Part shown: piece after piece, positions 1 through 12,700 of the stretch
Layout of the letters: the number at the start of each line of letters is the position of its first letter
Numbering within the stretch: position 1 is the first letter of the stretch
DNA from: Macrostomum lignano
Taxonomy: Eukaryota
NCBI GenBank assembly: GCA_002269645.1
Contig: NIVC01000299.1
Span: forward strand, 124,001 to 188,000
Reading direction: 5' to 3'
Length of the DNA stretch: 64,000 nt
Notes under the pieces: model-generated
What the model saw: only the letters and a program-made list of their open reading frames with translations
Told to the model about the DNA's origin: nothing
The model's database searches: none
Made by a program: the position numbers and the translations under genes

Positions 1-43
1 ACCCATATTTTCAACCTCAAACAGCCAAATTCATATCCAAAAA

Positions 44-420
44 ATCCTCAAATTCAGATCCCGAAAATCCTCAAATTCAGATCCTAAAAATCCTTAAATT
101 CAGATCCCTAAAAATCCTTAAATTCAGATCCCTAAAAATTCTCAAATTCAGATCCCTAAAAATTCTTAAATTCAGATCCCTAAAAATCCTTAAATTCAGA
201 TCCCTAAAAATCCTTAAATTCAGATCCTAAAAAGCCTCAAATTCAGATCCTTAAAATCCTCAAATTCAGATCCTAAAAACCCTCAAATTCAGATCCTTAA
301 AATCCTCAAATTCAGATCCTAAAAACCCTCAAATTCAGATCCTAAAAACCCTCAAATTCAGATCCTAAAAATCCTCAAATTCAGATTCCGAAAATCCCCA
401 AATTCAGATCCTAAATCTCA
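44..420. repeat. ~29-bp minisatellite (AAATCCTCAAATTCAGATCCTAA core)
   Basis: Directly visible tandem copies of aaattcagatcc with variable poly-A/C linkers. Confidence 0.9.
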
Positions 421-1384
421 TTCAAGATTTTAGATTCCCAACTCTAGACGTCAAATCCTTGAACTATTTTAAACTCTATTCTCAAACGAACTAACGACAG
501 ATATCACTGTAGTTTCTTGCAAGAAGATATTGAAACGAAAAAGACGATTAATAGACACACTAAACTCAGACAGAGGGGTCACGGAGACTCGTACTCAGTC
601 TGGTACTCAGTACATTGGCTTAACAGACAAAAATAGCGGAGATACATGGATATTGCAGCTAGAATCAGAGAAAAAAGTACACGAGAGCCTGGAGTAATTT
701 CCACAGCAATAACTTTACATTGCTACTGACAAAAGTAGAGTAGTGTGTAAAAAGCCGGAAAAAGCACAGAATCGGTTCAGACTGTAGGAATATTTACTTG
801 ATTCAACTCTTGGTGGATAAAAAAAAGGCTAATGATATTCATCAGATGATAAACGAACCGCCCGTGAAGGTGAGGAAACGAAAGACAACAAACACAAGAG
901 AAGACATTTTATTGCAAAATTTCAAATAAAAATTTCATCAAAAATAATTACAGTCAACAGAAGACTGGAGATCCTCTCTGATCGGAAAATGACAAAGTCT
1001 GGGGATTACAAGTTGAATATGGCGCTATTGTTAAACAATAATTAGTCTATCTACATGGACTTTTAGCGCAGCAAACTGGCATAAAAGTTTCTAGTTTGTC
1101 TCAACGGCAATTTCCTAATACTGACCAAAAATTTAACGCTTAAAATGTTATTACTCGTTTGATTTAAATAAAAAATCGTTAATCGTTGGGTAAAATGTTG
1201 AACACACGGACTCAATTCAGAATAAAAAGGCCGAAAGAAGAGACCGAAAAGAAGCACAAAAATTATTTTTATTGCAATCTGCTGAAGCTTATGAATGTAA
1301 ATATTAATTATTAACATACTGATTGGCACACTGAAAACCACAGAGTAGGCCGGCAAAAACAACTGGTAGGTGCTGCTGCCCTGT

Positions 1385-2222
1385 GATGACTCACTGGAAT
1401 TCTAATTTTGGCACCTGTATGACTCACTGGATCTCAAATTTCGGCACCTGTATGACTCACTGGATCTCTAATTTTGGAACCTGTATGACTCACTGGAATT
1501 CTAATTTTGGCACCTGTATGACTCACTGGATCTCTAATTTTGGAACCTGTATGACTCACTGGAATTCTCATTTTGCACCTGTATGACTCACTTGAATTCT
1601 AATTTTGGCACCTGTATGACTCACTGAAATTCTAATTTTGGCACCTGTATGACTCACTGGAATTCTAATTTTGGCACCTGTATGACTCACTGAAATTCTA
1701 ATTTTGGCACCTGTATGACTCACTGGAATTCTCATTTTGCACCTTTATGACTCACTGGAATTCTCATTTTGCACCTGTATGACTCACTTGAATTCTAATT
1801 TTGGCACCTGTATGACTCACTGAAATTCTAATTTTGGCACCTGTATGACTCACTGGAATTCTAATTTTGGCACCTGTATGACTCACTGAAATTCTAATTT
1901 TGGAACCTGTATGACTCACTGGAATTCTCATTTTGCACCTGTATGACTCACTGAAATTCTAATTTTGGCACCTGTATGACTCACTGGAATTCTAATTTTG
2001 GCACCTGTATGACTCACTGGATTTCTAATTTTGGAACCTGTATGACTCACTGGAATTCTCATTTTGCACCTGTATGACTCACTGGAATTCTAATTTTGGC
2101 ACCTGTATGACTCACTGGAATTGTAATTTTGGCACCTGTATGACTCACTGGATCTCTAATTTTGGCACCTGAATGACTCACTGGAATTATAATTTTGACA
2201 CCTGTATGACTCACTGGAATTC
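1385..2222. repeat. 33-bp minisatellite, ~26 copies, each containing ATGACTCA
   Basis: Unit ATGACTCACTGGAATTCTAATTTTGGCACCTGT; explains the spurious MTHWNSNFGTC ORF. Confidence 0.95.
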
Positions 2223-2294
2223 TATACTAACACAATGGCGGCATTTTGAACACAACAGCAGGTGCAGGAAGAATCCAATAAATCCCATAAGCCC

Positions 2295-5200
2295 CTAAGC
2301 CTCGACACGGCTCAAATCGAAGAGATAGTCCGCCTCCAGGATGAGGTACTCAACCACGCCGGTCTGCAGCGCCAAATCCGTGGCCAAATTGGCGGCCTTG
2401 GCGGCAACGCTGGCAGACCCGGCCGGCCACAGCAGGTTCGGCCCAATGACCAGTGCCAGGTTCCTGGCGGACATCTGGTTCACGGCGCTGTGGTGCACCA
2501 CCCGGGACAGGTGGCCGAACACCAGGCGGAGGGTGGGCAGGCCGGGCGCCACCTGCAGCTCCTGCCACACAGCGGCCCGCCGCATGCTGGGCTTGGCGCC
2601 GGACATGTGGTGGCGGGCGATGGCCTGAGTGGGGGAGGGTGGATAATCGTTACTTACTACTAAGCCACTACTGATAAGTAGTACAAAGTGCGGAATGAGA
2701 AATTTACATAGTTAATATTAATCACTTCAAAGAATACTTCGGAAGTGGTATATAAGACAACCTGAAGCACCGGAAGTGGTATATAAGACAATCTGAAGCA
2801 CCGGAAGTGGGATATAAGACAACAATCTGAAGCACCGGAAGTGGGATATAAGACAACAATCTGAAGCACCGGAAGTGGTATATAAGACAATCTGAAGCAC
2901 CGGAAGTGGTATATAAGACAATCTGAAGTACCGGAAGTGGGATATAAGACAACAATCTGAAGCACCGGAAGTGGGATATAAGACAACAATCTGAAGCACC
3001 GGAAGTGGTATACAAGACAATCTGAAGCACCGGAAGTGGTATATAAGACAATCTGAAGCACCGGAAGTGGTATATAAGACAATTTGAAGAACCGAAAGTG
3101 ATATGACAACCTGAAGCACCGGAAGTGGGATATAAGACAATCTGAAGCACCAGAAGTGCTAAAAGACCAATTCAGCACACCTGAAACAGGTCTGGCGCCA
3201 GCAGTGGCTGCTTCAACTCGCGCAGAAAAGTTTTCAAAGCCGAGGCCAACACGTTGATGTCCCAGCAGGCCTGGTTCAAATCGTAGTCTGCGGTCTGGTC
3301 AACCAGCAGGCGGAGCCGCTGGACGGTGGCCGCGTTGCCGCCGATGCGGTAGAGGCCGACCGTTTCCAGGCCGCCGCGGGCCTCCAGGGCGGCGATGCAA
3401 CGGCGAAGAAACAGCGGCGTGTCTGCGCCGTCCCTAGCGCAGACGTCGGTCAAAGAGGCGCCGAACACCTGCAGTATGGGGATTTTTTGGGGTTTACGAG
3501 AGAAATCAATAAGGAATTAAGTAGGCTTTACAAAATGTCTACCTTTTTCCTAATTGCACATTCACAAAACCTATCTGCACATTCACGGGTTTTCAATAGA
3601 CATGAGCAAGTGGATCTCTAGTAAAAATCTACGGGTTCTTCCCTAGCCATTCACAGGTCTACCCTAGCCGTTCACGGGTCCTCTCTAGCCATTCACGGGT
3701 CTTCTCTAGTCATTCAGGGTCTTCCAAGCCAATCACGGATCTTCCTTAACCATTTACGGGTCTACCCTAGCCATTCAGGGTCTTCTCTAGTCATTCAGGG
3801 TCTTCCCAAGCCATTCACGGGTCTACCCTAGCCATTCACGGGTCTACCCTAGCCATTCACGGGTCTACCCTAGCCATTCACGGGTCTACCGAAGCTATTC
3901 ACGGGTCTACCATAGCCATTCACGGGTCTACCCTAGCCATCGGGCTTTTTGTAGCCATTCACGGGTCTTCCGTAACTATTCACGGGTCACTAAACATTCA
4001 CCTATCTATACTCAACATTCACGGGTCTTCACCGGTTCGCTCCGCACGATGCCGCGCCGTTCCAATTCATCGATGGCCGGCCGTCGGCGAAAGAAATCGT
4101 TGAGCCGCTGAACGATGGTGTGCTTGGCAGGCTGGACAGCCTGAGGCTGCGGCTGCTGTGGCCGCTCGGTGAACTGCCTGTTGATCAGCAGATCCTTGGC
4201 CAGCGTGAGCGCGGCAATCCAGGCGCGTCTCAACTCCGGCGTCTCCCACTGAATGTGAAACTCGAACTGCTTCTGTTGCTGTTTCGACCCGGCGTCGTCG
4301 TCTGGGCCCGGCTCGTGGCAGCGAAGGTGCAGGGTTCGATCGCTGCCAGGCACGGCCAGCCAGGTGGTGCGGGCCAGGCTCAGGATGACCTCAGGCGGCG
4401 GCCGGCGCCTATCGATAGTGCCGCCGCTGCCGCGGTACAGCAGAAGGTCCGGCCCGGTCAGCACCAGCCTGTAAGACTTCAGGCGGCCGGGTTTCAATTT
4501 GGGAGCCGAGGACGACGAAGCGGACAGTTTGAGGACGGCCACGCGGGCCGGGCCCTCCTTGCGAGTCTCCAGCAGGCGGACAGTCGGGCTGGAGATCTCA
4601 AGGCGGCGCGGGAGGCTCTGAGCCGCTCCCGGCTCCGGCGGCGGCGGCAGAAGCAGCTGAGGCAAGGAGGCGGCCGACTCCACGAATACGGGGTTGTCGA
4701 GGCAGCTCGGCGACTGGGGCGGACTTTCCTGAAGCTGTGTGGAGGGGGAAGCAGTCAGACACGCACATGGTGTACACCGCGCGGGAGCAAGCAGTCAGAC
4801 ACACACATGGTGTACACCGCGCGGGAGCAAGCAGTCAGACATACACATGGTGTACACCGGGCGGGAGCAAGCAGTCAGACACACACATGGACACATGGTG
4901 TACACCGGGCGGGAGCAAGCAGTCAGATATACACATGGTGTACACCGGGCGGGAGCAAGCAGTCAGATATACACATGGTGTACACCGGGCGGGAGCAAGC
5001 AGTCAGACATACACATGGTGTACACCGGGCGGGAGCAAGCAGTCAGACACACATGGTGTACACCGGGCGGGAGCAAGCAGTCAGACATACACATGGTGTA
5101 CACCGGGCGGGAGCAAGCAGTCAAACACACATGGTGTACACCGGGCGGGAGCAAGCAGTCAGACACACATGGTGTACACCGGCCCCGACTTTTCTCATTG

Positions 5201-6146
5201 TCAGGCCAGAGCACACGTCTTTGTGCATTGAATTTGTCCGTGCGAGGAATCGAAACCTCGGTATCTGTGATCAGAAACAACCTACTACTCGGGACTGGGT
5301 CGATGTCCGATATGTATCGAAAGCAATTGTAATTTGTTGGATGGTTAGATTCAGGGGTTTTTTGTGGGATGGTTAGATTCGGGGGTATTTTTGCGGGATG
5401 GTTAGATTCAGGGGTATTTTTGTGGGATGGTTAGATTCAGGGGTATTTTGTGGGATGGTTAGATTCAGGGGTATTTTTGTGGGATAGTTAGATTCAGTGA
5501 TATTTTTTATAGGATGGTTAGATTTAGGGGTTTTTGGGGGATGGTTAGATTCAGGGGTATTTTTGTAGGGTTAGATTCAGGGTATTTTTGTGGAATGGTT
5601 AGATTCGGGTATTTTTGTGAGATGTTTAGATTCAGGGGTATTCTGTGGAATGGTTAGATTCGAGGGTACTTTTGGAGGATGGTTAGAATTGGGGGTACTG
5701 TTTGTGACATGGTGGCTCATTGTGCTTTAGTAAAAAAACAAGTCATTTAAAGTTCACCAAGAACTCACAGTCGGACTGACAGAGGGCAGTTTCTGCTGCC
5801 GACTGTCACTGGCGTGAGTCTGCAGGGAGGATTGAAGAAAACTTTTATTGCCCCCGCCGCTGCCGCTGCCCAGACTCAGGCGGAACATCACCGACCTTCT
5901 GTTTGGCAGCAAATTCACCATAGCCATATCATCAATGTCTCCCGTATCCACCTGACTGGCACTGGTTGCCATGGGGACAGCGGGGCAGGAATCATCGAGA
6001 CCGCCTTCTTCGGAGCTGGCCCCACAGTCGGCACCCTCGACGTCTGGATCGTCGGGCGTGGAGGCGTCAGCGCACTGGCAGAACGGCTCCTTGTCCAGAT
6101 CCTCCGCTGACATGACTGTGAGCTCAGTCTGGACTGCAATTTCCAT
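2295..6146 (-). CDS. PH-domain Rho GTPase-activating protein, ARHGAP9/12/15/27 family; 4 coding exons
   Basis: Exons 6146-5769, 4734-4033, 3468-3181 and 2624-2295 join in phase 0 at GT/AG sites. They give a PH-like region, the family motif LNDFFRRRPAIDELERRGIV-RSEP|VFGASL, the GAP arginine finger GLYRIGG, ASALKTFLRELKQPL, and LVFGHL...NQMSARNLALVIGPNLL. The 5' start is least certain. Confidence 0.9.
2735..3160. repeat. 30-33-bp intronic minisatellite carrying ACCGGAAGTG
   Basis: Unit TCTGAAGCACCGGAAGTGG(T/G)ATATAAGACAA(CAA) in RhoGAP intron 3. Confidence 0.95.
3650..3990. repeat. ~20-bp intronic minisatellite (TAGCCATTCACGGGTCTACCC)
   Basis: Degenerate tandem copies in RhoGAP intron 2. Confidence 0.85.
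4745..5185. repeat. 36-38-bp intronic minisatellite (ACACATGGTGTACACCGGGCGGGAGCAAGCAGTCAG)
   Basis: Tandem copies abutting the acceptor of RhoGAP exon 2. Confidence 0.95.
5338..5700. repeat. ~29-bp intronic minisatellite (GGATGGTTAGATTCAGGGGTATTTTTGT)
   Basis: Tandem degenerate copies in RhoGAP intron 1. Confidence 0.9.
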
Positions 6147-7795
6147 AATTTTATTCTTTAAACCTTATCAACCAGTTCAATCACGGATCAGCAGATCCCT
6201 GCTACACAGATCACTTCACACTTTTCTAGAAGTTTAACATAAGGGCATATGGATTTCAATCGACAAAAGTACAGAAGTACAAGATTAAGATGGTTTTAGT
6301 CAAATTATGAGATTACAATGACTTTTTCCTTAACTGTGGACTACCAACACATCAACTTTAATAGTGGAATCCTGGGTTTGGATCCACAGATTACCAATTG
6401 GATATGCTGTTGATTTTTTCTAAGCTTGAAAAGAATTAATTTGAACTCTATGAGTATATTATTTAAATGCATATTGTTTGAAATATCAATAATTTCCAAA
6501 TTATCAAGGGTCAATGCTAGTCAACAATCATAGCCAGAGCCAAAGGTCCCATTTCCCTAATGACAAATCTTGGCTACATACTATCTACATACTATATACT
6601 ATCTCTAAAGCATTTGATCCATCTGTAAATAGCAGTTTTTTCAGGCTGTTCTCACCGTGGATAGAGAATAAGTGGTCAGAAATATTGGCTCCACTCCATC
6701 CTACTGACGACCAAAGGGCAAAAAATTGACTTTGCTGACTTTCAAGGCTCTAAAGAGAACTCATTTTCGCAAAGAAATTTCAAGTTGAAGGCAAGCACTT
6801 GGTACTAATTATCTGCGCTTGCGCAAAAGCTCAGATTAGCTTTATGAGAAATTCTGCTTTTTTTCCATAGACACTACCACATCTTTCTGACATGTCAATA
6901 GCATGAATTCAAAATAAAAATATCCAAAAATAGAGATGAAATTTATTTTCATTGATATGTGAGGTTGTGTAACACTACCCCTGACCTTTGCACACATCTT
7001 TTGCTATAGCTCCTGAATAAAAAAGATACCAACATGATTTTAACTTTGTTTTCTTTGTGACAAAATTTCCTTTCATTTGACACCATTGGAATGAAATTTC
7101 ATGGCTCCATTGAAGAGCTATGTTAGACATTCCAAGAACTTTTAGGACACCTCTCGTAGTAATGTTACCTAGCAAAAGCTGTTAGATCTGGGCTAGAAAC
7201 TGCTACACATATTATATAACTCTATCTATTTATAGACTAACATCTATTTTGAGTAAAATACTATCATTTTGACTCAAGAAAAAATGTTATAAGATTATAA
7301 GATAGAGGCTTACATTATAGGTTTATTTACATTATATCCCAATGATTTCTATAGGGATAGCATTGAAAGCCTACCCTTTTATTGTCAAAGGATAATCAAT
7401 TTCAATGGCAATTACTTTATTAACATTCCAATTTTATTCTTCTAAAAACATTCTTTAACCAAGCCAAAACAGATCAACCACTTTCCTAATTACCCCATAC
7501 AATGGTAGCAAAGTTATCAAATAGTCATAAAAACCTATATCAGTGATTCCACATGTTCTTAGTTCTATTAGTATGCTTAAAATTATAGGTCTTACTAAAA
7601 AATTAATATTGGCTATAATAAAGTTTTATAGTTTGTGGGAATTTTGGGGAAATTTAAATTTTTCCTAGAATTTTAGAATGGGAGTTGCTCCCCTTTAAGA
7701 TAAAGACAAAAAAATGAAAAGGGAGACCAAGCAAATTTTTGACAAAAACGGGCCATCCCTTCATCTCCCTCCTAGGTCTTTACCTTTCAGAATCA

Positions 7796-8493
7796 GAAGT
7801 GCTTATCCCAATGGTCCTGTATTGATAATTCTAATTTTATCCACACAGATTTATGTCAATAATTTCTAGCTTATCCCCTGCATAGCAGCTTATTCAAGTC
7901 TATAGGCCCTGTCAATAATTCCAATTTTATCTACATTGATCCATGTCAATAATTTTCAGCTTACCCCGATGGCTAAGATTGTGCAGTTATTGTTTGTGTT
8001 TAGATTTGTGTACTGATATTAAATTGATATTGTCATTATCATTAATATTATTATCATTATTATAACATATTAAAATTTGAATAAGTCTCATTTGCCTCAA
8101 TCTTAGGGTCCATTCGTTGGTTGTTTTAAGCAATGCCAGTAGCTAAGCGAATATTTAAAATTAACCTTTTTAATGATGACAAAGTACTTGATGCTACTAT
8201 TCAATATTCAGTAGTTTATTTGGAAGATTTATAAAACAGTGAAATAAACATATACATTTTGAACAGATTTATTTTAGTTCTCTATTCTAATAAGCTGCCA
8301 TAGGGATAAGCAGAAAATTATTAACATGGATCTGTGTGGATAAAATTGGAATTATTGACATGGCCTATAGATTTGAATGGTGGCAGCTATTTTAATAAGC
8401 TGCCATGGGGATAAGCTAGAAATTATTGACACAGATAATAGATATATAGATAAAATTAGAATTATCAATATGGGACCATGGGGATAAGCACTT
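7796..8493. mobile_element. Foldback/MITE-like element with ~180-200-bp imperfect inverted arms
   Basis: GAAGTGCTTATCCCA at 7796 is the reverse complement of TGGGATAAGCACTTC ending at 8493. The arms (about 7796-7975 and 8290-8493) align with internal subrepeats. No TSD found. Confidence 0.65.
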
Positions 8494-9025
8494 CCTTAAG
8501 AATCTACCCCCCTCAAAAAATTCTGGTTCCACTACTGTGTGTGCCCTATGCACCCCCTCTCTAAAAAAGCTCAGTCATAAAAATAACTACTAGGCCTACC
8601 TCTAAATCCACCACTGATACTGAGACTGAGACTAGGCCTAAGTAGGCAAGTAGGAAGTAAGAAATTAAGAATAAGCATAATAGTAAAGATAAACAGGCTG
8701 TATAAACTTAGCAAAGTATTCCAGTAAAGGCAGTGAACATGGACACTGTCACTGTCTATGACTCTAGATATAGTGCTAGCCTAGTGCTAGTGCTGCATGC
8801 AGTGTGAGCTGCAGGGGCATAGGGTAGGGAGGGGGAATTGGGGATGCATCCCCTAAACAGCCAAGAATGTTTGTTGAAATGTTTTTCTTAATAAGGGTGG
8901 CCAATCTCCCACCCCGAAGAAAAATTCTGGATATGTGGCTCAGCTGTGGGTCCCACTGGTGTGCCAGACACTGAGACAGGCCTATACGCTACGCTACGCC
9001 CTACTTTCGTTTGAATGTGTCTTAC

Positions 9026-9490
9026 AATTGAAAGTTGCATCTTAAGTTCAAATAACAAAACGAAATCGTTTTTGCCGTTAAAAATTTAGGCAATCATAGT
9101 TTCATTTTGTTAGCAGACGACCAGCTCGTCATCGTTACGAAAAGGTCACATCAGGATGTACACATCGAGAAAGTAAAAGAAAAATTTTCCACGAATTTTT
9201 GTGGTTTAAACGCAGGCAAAATATTTAGATCCCCCTGCATAAAATAAAGTTTTTATATTTTAAAATTAAAATCAGGTTTTTTATAATTCTAAAGAGAAAA
9301 AGCTAAAAAAATACGTATAATTTAACGACCAGTTATTTTACTTTTGTTTTACTGTAAAACGAAATTTTTTTCGGTCCACTTCAATTTTTTTATTTTCTTA
9401 GATACCGTCAAAATCCTATCTGCTCCTTCCATTCGATCGTCACTCGTCAACTGCTTCAAAGTGGACTGTTCTGAAGACCTTTAGTTTTTT
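9026..9490. promoter_or_regulatory. Putative bidirectional promoter with non-coding first exons of RhoGAP (-) and ERM (+)
   Basis: CpG-retaining AT-rich patch bounded by outward-facing donors: gtaaga on the - strand at 9025 and gtaagt on the + strand at 9491. The ERM ATG exon has an acceptor at 9739-9740. Inference only. Confidence 0.4.
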
Positions 9491-9785
9491 GTAAGTTTAG
9501 GCTTTACCGATTTATTTGTTTAGTCTCATGGCTTTTTAGCAGGAAATTTGTTAAAATGTAGAGTTAGTTTTGATTGTTCGAAGTTTGACATTTCAATGCA
9601 TTTAATGTACATGTCCATGTGGGCTCTAATGTACATATAACCAACACGATTTAATAACAGCTGTTTTTCAATCTGAATAAATTTTGGCAAATCGCAATTA
9701 CATAATGTTTACATTACATTACATAATCTTTTTGTTTCAGCCGAACGGTATTTGAGATTTTTAACAACACATATAGTGCATTATC

Positions 9786-12700
9786 ATGGGTCGACCGGTA
9801 AGTTTTTATTAGTAGCGGTTGATAAATTTTCATATATCTTTTCAACTTCGTTATTGTCTTTAAAAATTTATAGAAAACAAAATTTACAGCTTCTAGTACT
9901 ACATGTTTAAACGTTTTAGGTTAATGTTCGGGTCACAACAATGGATGCTGAACTGGAGTTCACAATTCAGCTAATACAACCGGGAAGCAGTTGTTTGACC
10001 AGGTAGGAACTGTAACACAACATTAATTTTTTAGATTGATAATGCAGCCCACCTTACAGTCTTCATAATTGTCGTGTTGGAATTACTCGTAATTAGCTTT
10101 AATTAAATCTTGGTCCAATTGATATTCAAGGTTGTAAAAACGATCGGTCTCCGCGAAATCTGGTACTTTGGTCTGCGCTACACCGATAGCAAAGGTTTCA
10201 GCGCTTGGCTGAAGCTCAACAACAAAGTCATGCAACAGGACGTGCCCAAAGACGGCCCGCTGGCGTTCGATTTTCGCGTAAAATTTTACCCGGAAGACGC
10301 CTGCGAGGAGCTCATCCAGGAGGTGACGCAGCGCATGTTCTATCTGCAGGTGAAGGAGGACATTCTCAGAGGCGAGATCTACTGCCCGCCGGAGACCGCC
10401 GTGTTGCTGGCCAGCATTGCCTGTCAGGTAGATCAGCCTAGCTCTGAGTTGTGCACCTTTATGAGGACACCTGGCTATTTATCTCCCAGTTCCAGACATT
10501 TTCGTTTTACTCGTTTGACATTTCAGATAGTGAACTTGTGAAGTCTCAAAGTGACTCAATCTTGCCACAAAACTTCACTCTACAGGTAAAATTTGGCGAC
10601 TATAACCCGGAGACGCAGCCTCCAGGCTTCCTGAGCCACGCCGAGGGCACCCGGTTTCCCATTGCCGCCAGAGTGCTGGAGCAGCACAGCCTGTCCAAGC
10701 AGGACTGGGAGGACAAGATCGTGAACTGGTACAAAGAGATGCGCGGCCGCCTGAAGGAAGACGCCATGCTGGAGTTCCTGAAGGTGGCGCAGGACCTGGA
10801 GATGTACGGAGTGAACTACTTCGAGATTAAGAACAAGAAGGGCACCGAGCTCTACCTGGGCATCGACGCCCTCGGTCTCAACGTCTACTCGAAAGACGAC
10901 AAGCTGACGCCGAAAATCGGGTTTCCCTGGTCGGAAATTCGCAACATTTCCTTCAGCGATAAAAAGTTCATCATTAAGCCTAACGATAGACGGGCTCCGG
11001 TAAATCGTGTTTAGCAGGATTTTGTGCTTTTAGAAAAAGTTTTTGTGAGAATGCGATGTTCTCGTGTCTAGCAGTTGATGTTCTCGGTCTAGCAGCTGAT
11101 GTTCTCGGTCTAGCAGTTGATGTTCTCGTGTCTAGCAGTTGATGTTCTCGTGTCTAGCAGTTAATGTTCTCGTGTCTAGCAGCTGATGTTCTCGTGTCTA
11201 GCAGTTGATGTTCTCGGTCTAGCAGCTGATGTTCTCGGTCTAGCAGTTGATGTTCTCGTGTCTAGAAGTTGATGTTCTCGTGTCTAGCAGCTGATGTTCT
11301 CGTGTCTAGCAGTTGATGTTCTCGTGTCTAGCAGTTGATGTTCTCGTGTCTAGCAGCTGATGTTCTCGGTCTAGCAGCTGATGTTCTCGTGTCTAGCAGC
11401 TGATGTTCTCGTGTCTAGCAGCTGATTGCTCTCGTGTCTAGCAGCTGATTGCTCTCGTGTCTAGCAGCTGATGTTCTCGTGTCTAGCAGCTGATGTTCTC
11501 GTGTCTAGCAGTTGATGTTCTCGTGTCTAGCAGCTGATGTTCTCGTGTCTAGCAGTTGATGTTCTCGTGTCTAGCAGCTGATGTTCTCGTGTCTAGCAGC
11601 TGATTGCTCTCGTGTCTAGCAGCTGATGTTCTCGTGTCTAGCAGCTGATGTTCTCGTGTCTAGCAGCTGATGTTCTCGTGTCTAGCAGCTGATGTTCTCG
11701 TGTCTAGCAGTTGATGTTCTCGTGTCTAGCAGCTGATGTTCTCGTGTCTAGCAGCTGATGTTCTCGTGTCTAGCAGCTGATGTTCTCGTGTCTAGCAGCT
11801 GATGTTCTCGTGTCTAGCAGCTGATTGCTCTCGTGTCTAGCAGCTGATTGCTCTCGTGTCTAGCAGTTGATGTTCTCGTGTCTAGCAGCTGATGTTCTCG
11901 TGTCTAGCATCTGATGTTCTCGTGTCTAGCAGCTGATGTTCTCGTGTCTAGCAGCTGATTGCTCTCGTGTCTAGCAGCTGATTGCTCTCGTGTGTCTAGC
12001 AGCTGATGTTCTCGTGTCTAGCAGCTGATGTTCTCGTGTCTAGCAGTTGATGTTCTCGTGTCTAGCAGTTGATGTTCTCGTGTCTAGCAGCTGATGTTCT
12101 CGTGTCTAGCAGCTGATGTTCTCGTGTCTAGCAGCTGATTGCTCTCGTGTCTAGCAGTTGATGTTCTCGTGTCTAGCAGCTAATGTTCTCGTGTCTAGCA
12201 GCTGATGTTCTCGTGTTTGGCAGATCTCGCGTCTAAATGATGTTTTTTGTCCAAGAGCTGATGTCTTCGTATCTAGAAATCGCTGATGTTTGGAGTCCTA
12301 CAGAAGACGATGTCGTCGTGTCTAGCAGATATTGTTGTGGTGTTCCGTTACTTTATCTTTGTGTCTACCAGATCATGATTGGTGGCTAACAGATGCCTCT
12401 CTAAAGTAGTTATATATACGTATACTGAGCTTCCTCCTCGCAGTAAATCCTGTGTTCCCACCTGAAAACACCAACGCAGGACTTCATCTTCTTTGCGCCC
12501 GCCTGCGCATCAACAAGCGCATCCTCGCGCTGTGCATGGGCAACCACGAGCTGTACATGCGCCGGCGGAAGCCCGACACCATCGAGGTGCAGCAGATGAA
12601 GGCTCAGGCCAAGGAGGACCGCGCCAACAGGCAGCACGAGAGGTGAGCAACAGGTTGTTGGATGGCATGGACTTTTACTGAGTGACATGGACTGTTACTG

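Noticed and set aside
839-845. CTGATGA hammerhead-core matches (839, 23964, 45366, 55483 and in the 27-bp repeat)
   Set aside because: None has a proper stem II followed by GAAA.
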